From: a virus
Direction: 5' to 3' (one strand)
DNA length: 64,000 nucleotides
Virus record (IMG/VR): IMGVR_UViG_3300022562_001240
Part shown: positions 36,381 to 46,391 of the stretch, in pieces
Layout: each line of letters opens with the position of its first letter
How positions within the stretch are numbered: position 1 is the stretch's first letter
The notes under the pieces: model-generated
What the model saw: only the letters and a program-made list of their open reading frames with translations
Told to the model about the DNA's origin: nothing
Database searches by the model: none
Program-made: the position numbers and the translations under genes

Positions 36381-36640
36381 TCAGCTTTGTCTTTCTCGCC
36401 ATGGAAAAGATGATCCTTCAAGGCTTGCTTCAGCGTCAGTGGTTCGGCCCAAATCCGAGGTTCCTCGCCCCTCGCCTGCGCCAACCACGACTTCATCTCC
36501 CTTTCGGCCTCAGCCGCCGCTCGATCACGCCAGATTCGGATCATCTCCTCTTCGTCGCAATCGATGGCAATGATGGTGTCCGAATAGGTCGAGAACAACC
36601 CATACTTACCATCAGGCTGTGTGATGATTTTCATTCCCAT
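36332..36640 (-). CDS. hypothetical protein
   Basis: ORF. Confidence 0.4.
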   Translation of the reverse strand: MGMKIITQPDGKYGLFSTYSDTIIAIDCDEEEMIRIWRDRAAAEAEREMKSWLAQARGEEPRIWAEPLTLKQALKDHLFHGEKDKAEWDQMIKERKVKEGVK

Positions 36641-37035
36641 ACGGGGCCTCTCTGATAATGGTGATTTCGCAGAGACAACTCCGCATTGAAATCATAAGAG
36701 AGATGACACACATTGTGTGCATACTCGAACGCCACAATCTTGCACATTCTCTCTATGTCATGCAGCAAGTGCGGCCAATATATCTTGTCAAAGTCGCCGA
36801 CCCTTGCCTGAACCATCGCCACAACATGCCATAGCCGTTCAATACTCCGTCCTTGACCACGAAAATTGCCTGCTTGGTTGCCAGTGTTCACTCCCTCCGC
36901 AAGCCAGAGAAAGTCCATTCCAGCATCACACCATGCTTGCATGAAGGGCTTGTTCTGCAACAAACTCTGGTCGTCGCAGATGCGTTTGGTCAATTTGGCA
37001 AAAGCGATGTCGTGATCTTTGGTCAGCATGTCCAT
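36631..37035 (-). CDS. hypothetical protein
   Basis: ORF. Confidence 0.45.
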   Translation of the reverse strand: MDMLTKDHDIAFAKLTKRICDDQSLLQNKPFMQAWCDAGMDFLWLAEGVNTGNQAGNFRGQGRSIERLWHVVAMVQARVGDFDKIYWPHLLHDIERMCKIVAFEYAHNVCHLSYDFNAELSLRNHHYQRGPVWE

Positions 37036-39170
37036 TACAGCATCTTCTCCAAGTCGCCCACGGTGAGGACCGGGATGTTCTTCTCGATGGCTTTCTTCTC
37101 CTTGCTGGAGATGCTGCCAGAGCCGTGCTGCTTCACGACGTAGTTGGTCTTGCTGCCGACCGACGACTGGCAGTTGCCGCCCAACTCAGCGATCCGATCT
37201 TCCCAGTGCTTCTTGCCGAGATCGAAATCGCCAGTGAGTACAAAATTTGTACCGGACAGCTTGCCGGTCTTCGGCATCTCCAGTTCGACGTGGTTCGCCA
37301 GCAACGTGCCAATGATGCCATCGTTCGTCGAGAAATACTTGACGATGTTCTCGGCTGTGGTCTCACCGATGCCTTCGACTTCGAGCAGTTGTTCCTTCGT
37401 GGCCGTGACGATCTTGTCGAAGTCGCCGAAGTGTGGCACCAACGCCTTGCCTGCCGTCTTGCCCGCACCGGGAATCCCCAGCGACGAGAAGAAGACCCAG
37501 CCCTGCACCACCAGCTTCTCTGAACGGGCCTTCTCGATGGCAGCACGCAGTTTGTCATCGTCCTTCTGTGGCTTGACCTTGAAGATCGTCGCCAGAGCCA
37601 ACACCGCTTGGCGTTCGGAGAACCCGGCGTCGAGCAGGTCTTGTTCGGTGAGATCATACAAGGTGTCGAGTGTCTTTACCTTGCCGTGATGGATGATCTG
37701 GGCCATGGCGGCTCCACCCAGTCCCTTGCAGCCCAACTGCTGCAAGTAGAAGATGAAGCCCTTGATGTGCTTGGCGGCACATGCTTCGTTCTCGCACAGC
37801 AAGTCTTTGTTGCCGCTGGCACTGACTTGCAGCTTCAGCTTGGACTGACAGGTCGGACACTGGGTCGGTGCGCCAATGTCCTTGACCGGCGTGAGAACTT
37901 CCATGATGTTCGGGATGATCTTGCCGCCCTTCTTCGTCTTCACCTTCGCTCCGGGGCCAAGACCCTGTGCTTCCATCCAACCGTAGTTGTTGCAGGTGGC
38001 ACGAGTGTTCTCGGTGTCGGCCAGAACGAACGGTTCGTCGAAGATCGCCGTGGGCACCACACGACCGGTGCGGCTGGCGTTCCATTCGATGGACGAGACG
38101 ACGGCTTCAGCGGTTTCCTCTTCGTACTTCCACGCCAACGCACCCCGAGGCTCATTGACCGGATCATCGCCGGTATGACCCAACTCCTCTTGGAGTTCGA
38201 GATCGTTGACCTTGAGCACCACACCATCGGTATAGTATGGCAACTTCGGAGCGTGTGCCTCCATCATTGCCAGATGTTCGAACTTGTGGATGCGGACCTG
38301 AACGAAGAAGCCCTTGCCCTTGTCGTCCTGAAGGTTCAGACCTTCCTCGCTGTTGGCCCACTTCGCCCGTTCCACTTCCGTCTTGTAATACTTCTGCCAG
38401 TCATCGAAACCGGTGATTGAGTAGAAGCCAATCCGCAGACGTGCATTCTCGGTTTCCTTGGGGTCGTCACGGCCCAGACAGCCAGCCGTGTAGTTGCGGG
38501 GGTTCTTGTAAGTGTCTTCGCCTTCCTCTTCCCGTTCGGCGTTGACCTTATCGAAGTCGTCGAACCAACATTCGATCTCGCCGTTGAGCGATAGCGTGAA
38601 GGGGTGCGGAAGCTGCTTGGGCACACCGAGGATGTTCGGGGCGTGGCGAGTGACATCGGTGCCGTTGATGCCGTCACGGGGCCGCAGACCGGCACTGACG
38701 AGTTTGCCCTTCACATAGTTGACACGGATGGCAACACCGTCTCGCTTGTATGAACCGGCGAGGGTGAGCTTCTTGGGATCGACGCCGAGACGCTGAGCAC
38801 ATGCCTCGATCCACTTCTGGTAGATGGCTTCCTTCTCTTCCTGCGTGCCATCCGCCTTGGAGATCGAAGTCATCGGCGGATCGTGGACGACAACATCGCC
38901 CTTGGTCTTCGCCGTGGAAGGGCTGGTGCCCTCGAAGGCGATTGACTTGGGCCGACGAGTCTTCAATTCCCGATGGAGAGCATCATATTCGGGATCGGTG
39001 ATCTCCGTACCGTCGAAATCTTCGACGTAGCCATTGAGTTCATATTCGGTGGCCGCATGAATGACCAGCTTTTCGAGTGCGTCCACATCTGCGAATGTAC
39101 GGCTACCGACTGTGATGCTCATATGACGATCTCCTGTTGAATTTGGCGGACCTCTCACATTGTATGGCAC
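37035..39170 (-). CDS. ligA: NAD+-dependent DNA ligase
   Basis: adenylation motif SYKRDGVAIRVNY (KxDG), RPRDGINGTDVT, Cys4 zinc finger CPTCQ...CENEAC, HhH region, C-terminal BRCT (GTNFVLTGDFDLGK). Confidence 0.85.
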   Translation of the reverse strand: MPYNVRGPPNSTGDRHMSITVGSRTFADVDALEKLVIHAATEYELNGYVEDFDGTEITDPEYDALHRELKTRRPKSIAFEGTSPSTAKTKGDVVVHDPPMTSISKADGTQEEKEAIYQKWIEACAQRLGVDPKKLTLAGSYKRDGVAIRVNYVKGKLVSAGLRPRDGINGTDVTRHAPNILGVPKQLPHPFTLSLNGEIECWFDDFDKVNAEREEEGEDTYKNPRNYTAGCLGRDDPKETENARLRIGFYSITGFDDWQKYYKTEVERAKWANSEEGLNLQDDKGKGFFVQVRIHKFEHLAMMEAHAPKLPYYTDGVVLKVNDLELQEELGHTGDDPVNEPRGALAWKYEEETAEAVVSSIEWNASRTGRVVPTAIFDEPFVLADTENTRATCNNYGWMEAQGLGPGAKVKTKKGGKIIPNIMEVLTPVKDIGAPTQCPTCQSKLKLQVSASGNKDLLCENEACAAKHIKGFIFYLQQLGCKGLGGAAMAQIIHHGKVKTLDTLYDLTEQDLLDAGFSERQAVLALATIFKVKPQKDDDKLRAAIEKARSEKLVVQGWVFFSSLGIPGAGKTAGKALVPHFGDFDKIVTATKEQLLEVEGIGETTAENIVKYFSTNDGIIGTLLANHVELEMPKTGKLSGTNFVLTGDFDLGKKHWEDRIAELGGNCQSSVGSKTNYVVKQHGSGSISSKEKKAIEKNIPVLTVGDLEKML

Positions 39171-39189
39171 GGGAGAGACCCGGTTTAGG

Positions 39190-39507
39190 TCATTTCTTCT
39201 TCAGGCGATAGACGATCCGACCCCTTGTAATGTCGTAGGGACTGAGTTCGATGTTCACTTCGTCGCCGGGGACGATCTTGATGCCGAATTGACGCATCTT
39301 CCCAGCCAGATGTGCGAGCACTTCATGGGTGGGGCCGTCCTTCTGCAACTGAATTTCGACTCGAAACTTTCCCTTCAGGGATTCGGTCACGACGCCTTCG
39401 ACGACAAGCCCCTCTTCTTTCTTGGAGCTTCCGCCGCCACCGCCTTTGTTTCCGCTGTTTTTCGTGTTCTGCTTGGGGGCTGGTTTGCCCTTCTGTTTCT
39501 TGGACAT
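39190..39507 (-). CDS. infA: translation initiation factor IF-1 with a Lys/Gly-rich N-terminal extension
   Basis: [65 protein letters not shown] aligned from memory to bacterial IF-1; trimmed to MSKKQ. Confidence 0.75.
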   Translation of the reverse strand: MSKKQKGKPAPKQNTKNSGNKGGGGGSSKKEEGLVVEGVVTESLKGKFRVEIQLQKDGPTHEVLAHLAGKMRQFGIKIVPGDEVNIELSPYDITRGRIVYRLKKK

Positions 39508-39651
39508 CCTTGTACTCCGATACATAGAAATCAATGGGCGCATCCGCTGCACCGATCAAAGATTCTATGGCAAAAGACTGCAACTGTAAAGCTCAATGCA
39601 AATTTTGGATTGGCCTGAATAACTACCCTGTAGGACTTTTGCGAGGTAATC

Positions 39652-40092
39652 ATGGCTTCAATCCAATGGGAAGTTGGCTCAGACGCCAACGTAATGACGA
39701 CTGAGTTGAACTCGTTGGCCGACGATGCCAACGCTCTCAGCAGCGAAATCGACAATTCGACCAACCTGTATCTCTTTGACGATGTGGAATGGCACAATGC
39801 GTCCTTGGGCTATACGCCCACTGCTGGAGCCGTGATCGAGTTGTACATCATCCAAATTCAGTTGGACGGAACTGGCTATGAAGATGGCGACGGCACCATT
39901 GATCCACCTGCATCGAACCTCGTCGGTGTTTTCAACATCCGAGCCTCAACCGCCGCTCAAACTCACATTCTGAGACAAATCCCCATCCCACCAGACAAGT
40001 TCAAGTATCTGGTTATTAACAAGACAGGTGGTACATTGCCGTCGAGCGGCAATACCCTCAGAAGACAGCCTTACAGATACCAGAGCAACTAA
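39652..40092 (+). CDS. hypothetical protein
   Basis: ORF. Confidence 0.45.
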   Translation: MASIQWEVGSDANVMTTELNSLADDANALSSEIDNSTNLYLFDDVEWHNASLGYTPTAGAVIELYIIQIQLDGTGYEDGDGTIDPPASNLVGVFNIRASTAAQTHILRQIPIPPDKFKYLVINKTGGTLPSSGNTLRRQPYRYQSN

Positions 40093-40104
40093 CTCAGTTA
40101 TGGC

Positions 40105-40947
40105 ATGTTGTATGCCAAACCGACATTTCTGGTCATTTCGGCGGTAGGAGACGATTCTCTTCACAGGTATTGGAGCAAATCCAAGAATTTCGATACCTGT
40201 TTGATCTACTACGGCGATGGCAACGGCTATCCGCATGAGTCTCGATACTACCGGAAAGACAAAGGCCCCAAGTACCATCTCATCAAGCGAGCTTTGGAAC
40301 AAATCCCAGAACTCCACCGCTACACCTACGTCTGGATGCCAGATGATGACGTGTACTTGGATGCCAGCGGCGTCTCACGACTCTTCGAACTCAGCATGAG
40401 GTTCGATCTTCACATCAGTCAACCCTCTCTCATGGGTTGGTACGGACCCACAGTTCCACTCAACATAGCCGGGGCACTTCTACGATTCACCAACTGGATT
40501 GAGATCATGTGTCCGTGCTTCTCTCGTCATGCTCTGCATATCTGCAAGCAAACCTTCGATGAGAACCAAACAGGATGGAGCATCGATGCTGCATGGAATG
40601 TATTGTTGGGCCATCCTCAAGACAAGTTGGCTATCATAGATGATGTCGTAGCTGTTCATACAAGACCAGTGTTCGGTGGCGACATCTATGACCAACTCGG
40701 CCAAGACAAGTTGAAGGAAGCTTGGAAAGATTCTGACATCATTCGAGAGAAGTACGACTTGGTGGCAGAGACAGACAAGGATTGCGGCACAAAAATTGGA
40801 CAGGGGGAAATCTACGGAGTTGTCCAATACTCCGAGATCCAAAAGAAAATGGAAGCAGATTTGCCGAGGAGTGAAAGGTTTTGGCCTCCCGTCCCCGCCC
40901 TTCACAAATTCATTGAAGGGCTCCGCAAACCCACCTCCTATCTGTGA
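40105..40947 (+). CDS. putative glycosyltransferase-like protein (DUF707-like)
   Basis: VWMPDDDVYLD acidic motif; weak call. Confidence 0.4.
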   Translation: MLYAKPTFLVISAVGDDSLHRYWSKSKNFDTCLIYYGDGNGYPHESRYYRKDKGPKYHLIKRALEQIPELHRYTYVWMPDDDVYLDASGVSRLFELSMRFDLHISQPSLMGWYGPTVPLNIAGALLRFTNWIEIMCPCFSRHALHICKQTFDENQTGWSIDAAWNVLLGHPQDKLAIIDDVVAVHTRPVFGGDIYDQLGQDKLKEAWKDSDIIREKYDLVAETDKDCGTKIGQGEIYGVVQYSEIQKKMEADLPRSERFWPPVPALHKFIEGLRKPTSYL

Positions 40948-41684
40948 GACTCTTCTGGGCCAGTCACTCGCCGTGGCGTGTGATGATCCAGAACGTGACC
41001 CGGCTTCTTGCCGAGCAACTCCAGAATGTCTTCCATGCTGAATGGCCGGTACTCACCGAAGATCTTGTAAGCGTTATCCACGCCCACGTCGATGCTTCGT
41101 CGTCCCGGAAAGTGCTTGTCCATTCCCGGTTCAGCCGTTGTATGAGAGTGCCCATACAAGTTGATGGCTCCCCGGTGGGACTTGTCCCAAACAGCGAAAG
41201 CGTAGTGGCACAGAACAATCTTAAACCTCTGCCCCGGAACCTTCATTGTCACAAGATGGCGAGCCTTCTTGAACAAATGACGAATCTTGTAATCATCGTC
41301 ACCCGGTTCGTCGCAAGTGGGTTCGTCGTGGTTGCCCCAGACGATATTCATGTTCTGACATCGAATGCGTCCACGGTAAAACTCGCACTTTCTCACATAG
41401 CTGTGTTCTGGTGCGAAAGCAAAATCGCCGAGGTGCCAGAGAATGTCGTCATCTGCAACATACTTGTTGATGTTGTCTGTGATGACATCATTCATCATGT
41501 CAACCGCATCCCGTGACATGCGGTGGTTACTGGCGAATTCGCCTTTCCAATTACCGTCGTGCCACTTGCCTCCGTTGGCTTCCAAAGCCTCGATGTCAGG
41601 CTTCTTAAGGAATGGCCGATTGCAATACTTGATGATATTGCCATGGCCGAAGTGGGTGTCGGCGGTAAACCAAACTTTAGGCAT
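40938..41684 (-). CDS. calcineurin-like metallophosphoesterase
   Basis: ADTHFGHGN, GDFAF, GNHDEP motifs. Confidence 0.7.
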   Translation of the reverse strand: MPKVWFTADTHFGHGNIIKYCNRPFLKKPDIEALEANGGKWHDGNWKGEFASNHRMSRDAVDMMNDVITDNINKYVADDDILWHLGDFAFAPEHSYVRKCEFYRGRIRCQNMNIVWGNHDEPTCDEPGDDDYKIRHLFKKARHLVTMKVPGQRFKIVLCHYAFAVWDKSHRGAINLYGHSHTTAEPGMDKHFPGRRSIDVGVDNAYKIFGEYRPFSMEDILELLGKKPGHVLDHHTPRRVTGPEESHR

Positions 41685-41705
41685 CCTATGCCTCCTTTCA
41701 AAATA

Positions 41706-41742
41706 AAAAAGGGGACAACATTGCTGCCGCCCCCTTATCCCT
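41706..41742 (-). terminator. weak GC hairpin plus T6 (minus strand) downstream of the SIMPL gene
   Basis: ggggac...gcccc with aaaaaa on the plus strand. Confidence 0.3.
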
Positions 41743-41759
41743 ATGTAGTCCGCTGACTA

Positions 41760-42566
41760 CTAATTCTTCAGTTCCTTCTTGTTCAGAGCATCCGGCTTCA
41801 CGCCGATGTTGGGCAGAGGGAGCTTGTTGTCTGGCTTGATCCGAATGCGTGGCTTATCTGCACGCTCGATTTCCCAGACAATGCTGACTGTCATGGAGAA
41901 GGAAAGCGATCCCCCAGAGACAGGTACGTCTGAAGCCGCTTCGGCAACCATCGCCATGCGGGCGTACTTGTAGTTGGGCTGATTATAGCTGCCGCTCTCT
42001 GTGATCGTCAAGACATCTCCAAGGCTCACATCGAGTCCCTTGGTGTAGATCCTTGCTTTTCGCAGGGCGTCGGCCACCGCTCTCGCTCTGGCTTCGTCCA
42101 ACAGTTCGTCTGCCTTGCTGGAACCAAATGTGATCCCATGAACAACATTGGCACCATTCTGAACCACCGCATCCAGCACCTTGCCGAACTGATCCAGATT
42201 GCAAACGGTGATGCGAACCATGTTGGTCACGACGAACCCGTCAGGCACAGCGTTTCTGTTGCCCTGTTCGTCCTTGATGTACTTGTAGTTCTGCTGGACA
42301 GAGAACTGTGTGGTCTGCACATCCTTCTTCTGAATCTCGAAGACAGACAGTGCTTCGTACACACTCTGCATTGCCTTCGTGTTGTCCCGCACAGCTTCGG
42401 CGGATGTCGCCGCCTTCGTGTTGACGCCGAGGGTGATGTATCCCTCGTCTGGCTGAGCTTCTACAACCCCCGTGCCAGAAAGGGAGATTGTCGATTGGTC
42501 TGCGGCATTGACACTACTGGTCAACAAGCCGAGAGCCGTTAGTACGGCAAGTGTCATTGTCTTCAT
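41760..42566 (-). CDS. secreted SIMPL/DUF541-family protein
   Basis: signal peptide MKTMTLAVLTALGLLTSSVNA; overall pattern matches periplasmic SIMPL proteins. Confidence 0.55.
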   Translation of the reverse strand: MKTMTLAVLTALGLLTSSVNAADQSTISLSGTGVVEAQPDEGYITLGVNTKAATSAEAVRDNTKAMQSVYEALSVFEIQKKDVQTTQFSVQQNYKYIKDEQGNRNAVPDGFVVTNMVRITVCNLDQFGKVLDAVVQNGANVVHGITFGSSKADELLDEARARAVADALRKARIYTKGLDVSLGDVLTITESGSYNQPNYKYARMAMVAEAASDVPVSGGSLSFSMTVSIVWEIERADKPRIRIKPDNKLPLPNIGVKPDALNKKELKN

Positions 42567-43170
42567 GATTTACCTCTTCGTGTAACTCGAACCGGTAGGC
42601 ATCTTCTTTGTACGCTTCATCCTGAAAGTACACATCTTCAAAGAAGTCCCGGCAAACCCCTGTTGCCTTAAATCCCAAGGACTTCAGGAAGAGATGACCT
42701 CCCAGATTCGATTCCCTTACATAAAACTTGATCGTGTCATATTGGGGCTTTGACATGAGGCGGTCAATCAGAATCTTGCCCAAGCCCTGTCGTCGATGAT
42801 CAGAACGAATGACGAGGTTTAAGACACAAATTTCTCTGTCGGCTCTGGACGATTCATAAACAATGTATCCGACAGGATCGTCGTAGTCGCATATTACTAG
42901 ACCACCCATACGTTCGTCAACCATCATTTGCTTAATGATTGCTTTTGTCCAAAAGTTTTCGCAACTCTCGCACTCCAACTCGGCAGCGGCAGCATACAGA
43001 CCCGAGTGCAGCCATTTGATGAAGTAATGTCCGTTGATCGGCTTGATGATTGGCACGTCGAATCCTTTCTCAGAACCAGAGAACATCCTCCCGCTGGTAG
43101 GTGGGTTTGTAAAGAGTCTCTTCAGGCCAGACCAGAATCGTCTTAATGTATTCAATGTCTTTGCCTTCAA
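42514..43170 (-). CDS. GNAT-family N-acetyltransferase
   Basis: acetyl-CoA binding motif RRQGLGKILI...LGFK. Confidence 0.65.
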   Translation of the reverse strand: MKAKTLNTLRRFWSGLKRLFTNPPTSGRMFSGSEKGFDVPIIKPINGHYFIKWLHSGLYAAAAELECESCENFWTKAIIKQMMVDERMGGLVICDYDDPVGYIVYESSRADREICVLNLVIRSDHRRQGLGKILIDRLMSKPQYDTIKFYVRESNLGGHLFLKSLGFKATGVCRDFFEDVYFQDEAYKEDAYRFELHEEVNHEDNDTCRTNGSRLVDQ

Positions 43171-43678
43171 AAATCCTTACCCACCCAGTGGTTTCCAGCG
43201 TTCCTTCCGCAATGCTGGGACCGGTGTACTTGGTGAAACCGTGTAGAAAACGCTTCACCGCCCTTTTGGTTGGAGTCACATATTGTTGATTGAATAGGGC
43301 GTGTTCGTAATTGTCATTCTTTAAGTCGTAGACCATACCAGCCCTGATCAAAATGGTCAACAGCGATCTCCTCATTCGACACGCCTTCCAGAACGGCGAA
43401 GGCTCTACCCACAGAACCGTGTCCCTATTTGTCTCGCTGAATTTCGAGAACTGGGATTGTTTAAGGATCGCTTCGGTTTTGAGCACAAAACTTGCGACAT
43501 CCACTGACTTCCGGGGAGGATGCTTAAAGAACCACCCATCTGTGGTTTCGTCCCACGCCCTGCCGAATCTCTCTCGGCAGGTTTCGAACTTCAGTGGCGA
43601 CTTGTCCAAAGCAAACGAACCATTCTCGGCGTCTACGTTTTGGGCATAGATGATTTTCTTGTCTTTGAATTCCACCAT
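43070..43678 (-). CDS. hypothetical protein
   Basis: ORF. Confidence 0.45.
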   Translation of the reverse strand: MVEFKDKKIIYAQNVDAENGSFALDKSPLKFETCRERFGRAWDETTDGWFFKHPPRKSVDVASFVLKTEAILKQSQFSKFSETNRDTVLWVEPSPFWKACRMRRSLLTILIRAGMVYDLKNDNYEHALFNQQYVTPTKRAVKRFLHGFTKYTGPSIAEGTLETTGWVRIFEGKDIEYIKTILVWPEETLYKPTYQREDVLWF

Positions 43679-44790
43679 CAGTCAATCCTCATCCTGTGAT
43701 TGCACCAATGTCGATTATGATGGGCAAAAGGGTAGTAATCGTGATAATCGTCAGCGTCGAACCCATATGGATCATCGTCACATGGTTCACACGGGTTGTG
43801 TTGAAGCTGCACTGTGCGACCCGAGATCACCTTGCATCCCTCAAAAGACTGTTCGGCCAATACAACATCGACATCCATGACAACGGGCCAGATTGGTTGT
43901 TTCTTCTTTTTGGTCTTCTGTGGCTGCTGTGGTTTGTGTGGTTTGTCCCAGACATAAGGCGACGTTTCGTCTTTTGTCTTCATTGACAATGTGTTCTGTA
44001 ACAACGAAGAACTATTTTTGCGACAATCCAAAAACAGGTCAATCACAAAATGAACAGAGCGTGAGTTTGAATCGAACCGGTTTGACTTACCATATAAGTG
44101 AATCTTGCCGCCATGTTCGATCCCGCAGCATTCGTCCGAGATAGCCTCGATGTCTCCGCAGAAACGAAACCAGAAATGATGTTGCTTGGGCCATGCTCCC
44201 TGCGGCGGTTCGACTCTTGGATACCTAGCGTATCGATACGACGCATCATCCAGAGCGTGGTCCCAATAGTTGTTCCACGAACGAAGACACAGATGATCGC
44301 TCCCCAATTGACCCAATCCCAACCCAGAGATCGAGGGCTCCCACTCACAATGCCATTCGTCTTGGTAGCTGAAGCTTAAATCATACACAATGGCTTCGAT
44401 GACGCTGTGTGGTTTGACTCGAAGATCCACGCAGTCGGGATTGATGACCGTGATCTGGTCTGTTTTGTCAGCATTGGTGCAATCCAACAGAATGCCGAGC
44501 TTGGAGATTGACTTGTCGTAGTCAATCCAGATTTCTCCCAAGAAGACATTTGAGTATTCGCTCCACTCATGGATATCAGAACTGTGTGTGAAAAAATAGA
44601 GCGTGCGGTTGCCTTCCTTCTCTTTACGATCAAGCTTCAAATAAGAAGACGAGATTTGCACATCAGCTTTGCCGAAGTAAAAGTCATCTGACAACGATAA
44701 AACGACATCTTGGCCCGGCCTCACATGAACCATATGTTGCTGTGATGTCGGGTCTTGTACTCGTGCAGGGGCATATCTCTTAACAATCAT
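43678..44790 (-). CDS. hypothetical protein (370 aa)
   Basis: ORF. Confidence 0.5.
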   Translation of the reverse strand: MIVKRYAPARVQDPTSQQHMVHVRPGQDVVLSLSDDFYFGKADVQISSSYLKLDRKEKEGNRTLYFFTHSSDIHEWSEYSNVFLGEIWIDYDKSISKLGILLDCTNADKTDQITVINPDCVDLRVKPHSVIEAIVYDLSFSYQDEWHCEWEPSISGLGLGQLGSDHLCLRSWNNYWDHALDDASYRYARYPRVEPPQGAWPKQHHFWFRFCGDIEAISDECCGIEHGGKIHLYGKSNRFDSNSRSVHFVIDLFLDCRKNSSSLLQNTLSMKTKDETSPYVWDKPHKPQQPQKTKKKKQPIWPVVMDVDVVLAEQSFEGCKVISGRTVQLQHNPCEPCDDDPYGFDADDYHDYYPFAHHNRHWCNHRMRID

Positions 44791-45376
44791 TGATCAACTT
44801 TTCCAACCAAGATGAATGTCCTCTTGCCATTGGCAAAATCTGGTAGTTCAGTACATCCCATTCTCTTCGATGAAATCCCTCCAGATAGCGTCGTGCCTGT
44901 CGGAATGCCATGGACCTGACATTGAAATTGTTCTCAGTGTTGATGCTTTCTTCGATGAGCCGGTGGAAGTCTGGGGCGGTGTTGTGAGCAATCCAGCCAT
45001 CATAGATGTGCAAAAACATCTGCCACGCAACCAACTGCCTCTCCTTCTCTGGGACCACCTTCCAGTGCATGGCCTTCATGCACTTCGCATAAGAAATCAT
45101 GGCTCGATCATAGTCTTCCAAAGGAACCACTTCCTCAGCCTTCGTCCACAGAGGAACAAAGAGTTCACCATCCCTATAGCCGTTGTGTACTGGCCTGTGA
45201 TTCTTCATGTAGAATGAGCCGGGACTGGAATACATCTTGTCTGTTCTCCACTCAATCTTGCAGACAGCCCAAGAGATCGGGGGCTCCAAGATTTGCAGAA
45301 ATAGGCTTGAGGGCTCATATCGAACGATAGGAACCCTCAGCCTGTTTCTCAAGATGTACTCTTCGTGCAACCTCAT
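44780..45376 (-). CDS. hypothetical protein
   Basis: ORF. Confidence 0.45.
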   Translation of the reverse strand: MRLHEEYILRNRLRVPIVRYEPSSLFLQILEPPISWAVCKIEWRTDKMYSSPGSFYMKNHRPVHNGYRDGELFVPLWTKAEEVVPLEDYDRAMISYAKCMKAMHWKVVPEKERQLVAWQMFLHIYDGWIAHNTAPDFHRLIEESINTENNFNVRSMAFRQARRYLEGFHRREWDVLNYQILPMARGHSSWLEKLINDC

Positions 45377-45918
45377 GCGAAACCAGATCTCTCCAGAAGC
45401 GGGGCCAACATGTGCTTGTTGTAATCGGGCACAATCAAGTAGTCAGGCTCAGGTTCAAGGATGTTATGAGGTTGTTTCTTCTGCTGATCTGGATTGAACG
45501 CCTTTAACTGCTTCTCCAGCTTGTCCAGCGAATCGATCACACGCTCAAGCTCTGGCGGTGGAGATGACTTCACATACGGCTTGGGCGCAGGCGGCAGGAG
45601 CTTCGGCATCTCCTTGAATTCAAGTTTCTCAGAAGGCTCGACCTTCTTGGGTGGTGAGTAGTAGGGCAGCTTCTCTCGATAGTCGTAGATCATGCCACCG
45701 TCTTCGCCAAAGTACACGACAGGCATAAAGCCGTCGATGATGGGAACTGTAAAATACCGGATTTCACCGTTGGAACGCCTTGTGTATTCCAACGTCGCAC
45801 AAAATCGATGATTTCCGCAAAGGTCTCCTAATTGATAGGTGTCGCACTTTGCTCCAGCTTGTAGTTGCGTAGGCAACAGAAACAACAACGTCAACAGCCC
45901 ACAAACGAGCTTGTTCAT
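45373..45918 (-). CDS. secreted protein (signal peptide)
   Basis: MNKLVCGLLTLLFLLPTQLQA. Confidence 0.5.
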   Translation of the reverse strand: MNKLVCGLLTLLFLLPTQLQAGAKCDTYQLGDLCGNHRFCATLEYTRRSNGEIRYFTVPIIDGFMPVVYFGEDGGMIYDYREKLPYYSPPKKVEPSEKLEFKEMPKLLPPAPKPYVKSSPPPELERVIDSLDKLEKQLKAFNPDQQKKQPHNILEPEPDYLIVPDYNKHMLAPLLERSGFA

Positions 45919-46248
45919 CTACTTCTCCTTAAGTTTTGCGTTCTCAGACTGCAAAAGGTCTGTGACAACCCATTCCCGGCGTTCCTCATCCCAGACGATG
46001 GGATATTCTTCCGGCATGGTCTCCAGCATATCGAACAACTCACCGTTGGTGCGTGCTTTCTCACACGCCCTTTGAAACAGCAAAGGGTGGATATGCGGAT
46101 ATCTCTTTTTCAATGCTTCTTGTACTTCGTCCATTCCCATAAGGTATAAGAAAACGCAGTTCCAAGCAATAGATATCTGTGACATGACATTCAAAGAATT
46201 CTTACAGATCGCAGAAGACGGGCAAGGCGGGGGCGACAAGGGCCTCAT
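45919..46248 (-). CDS. hypothetical protein
   Basis: ORF. Confidence 0.4.
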   Translation of the reverse strand: MRPLSPPPCPSSAICKNSLNVMSQISIAWNCVFLYLMGMDEVQEALKKRYPHIHPLLFQRACEKARTNGELFDMLETMPEEYPIVWDEERREWVVTDLLQSENAKLKEK

Positions 46249-46391
46249 GGGCTACGGCAAGTCGTCTAGCGTCAGAAAGCCCTCAGACGGGCAGCCCTTC
46301 AAAAATCTCGGCTCTGTAGCCGGTCAAGAGCCACGACCCAATAGCGGCGGCGGTGGCCCTGCTGGACCCATGATGGGTGGCCCAGCGATGT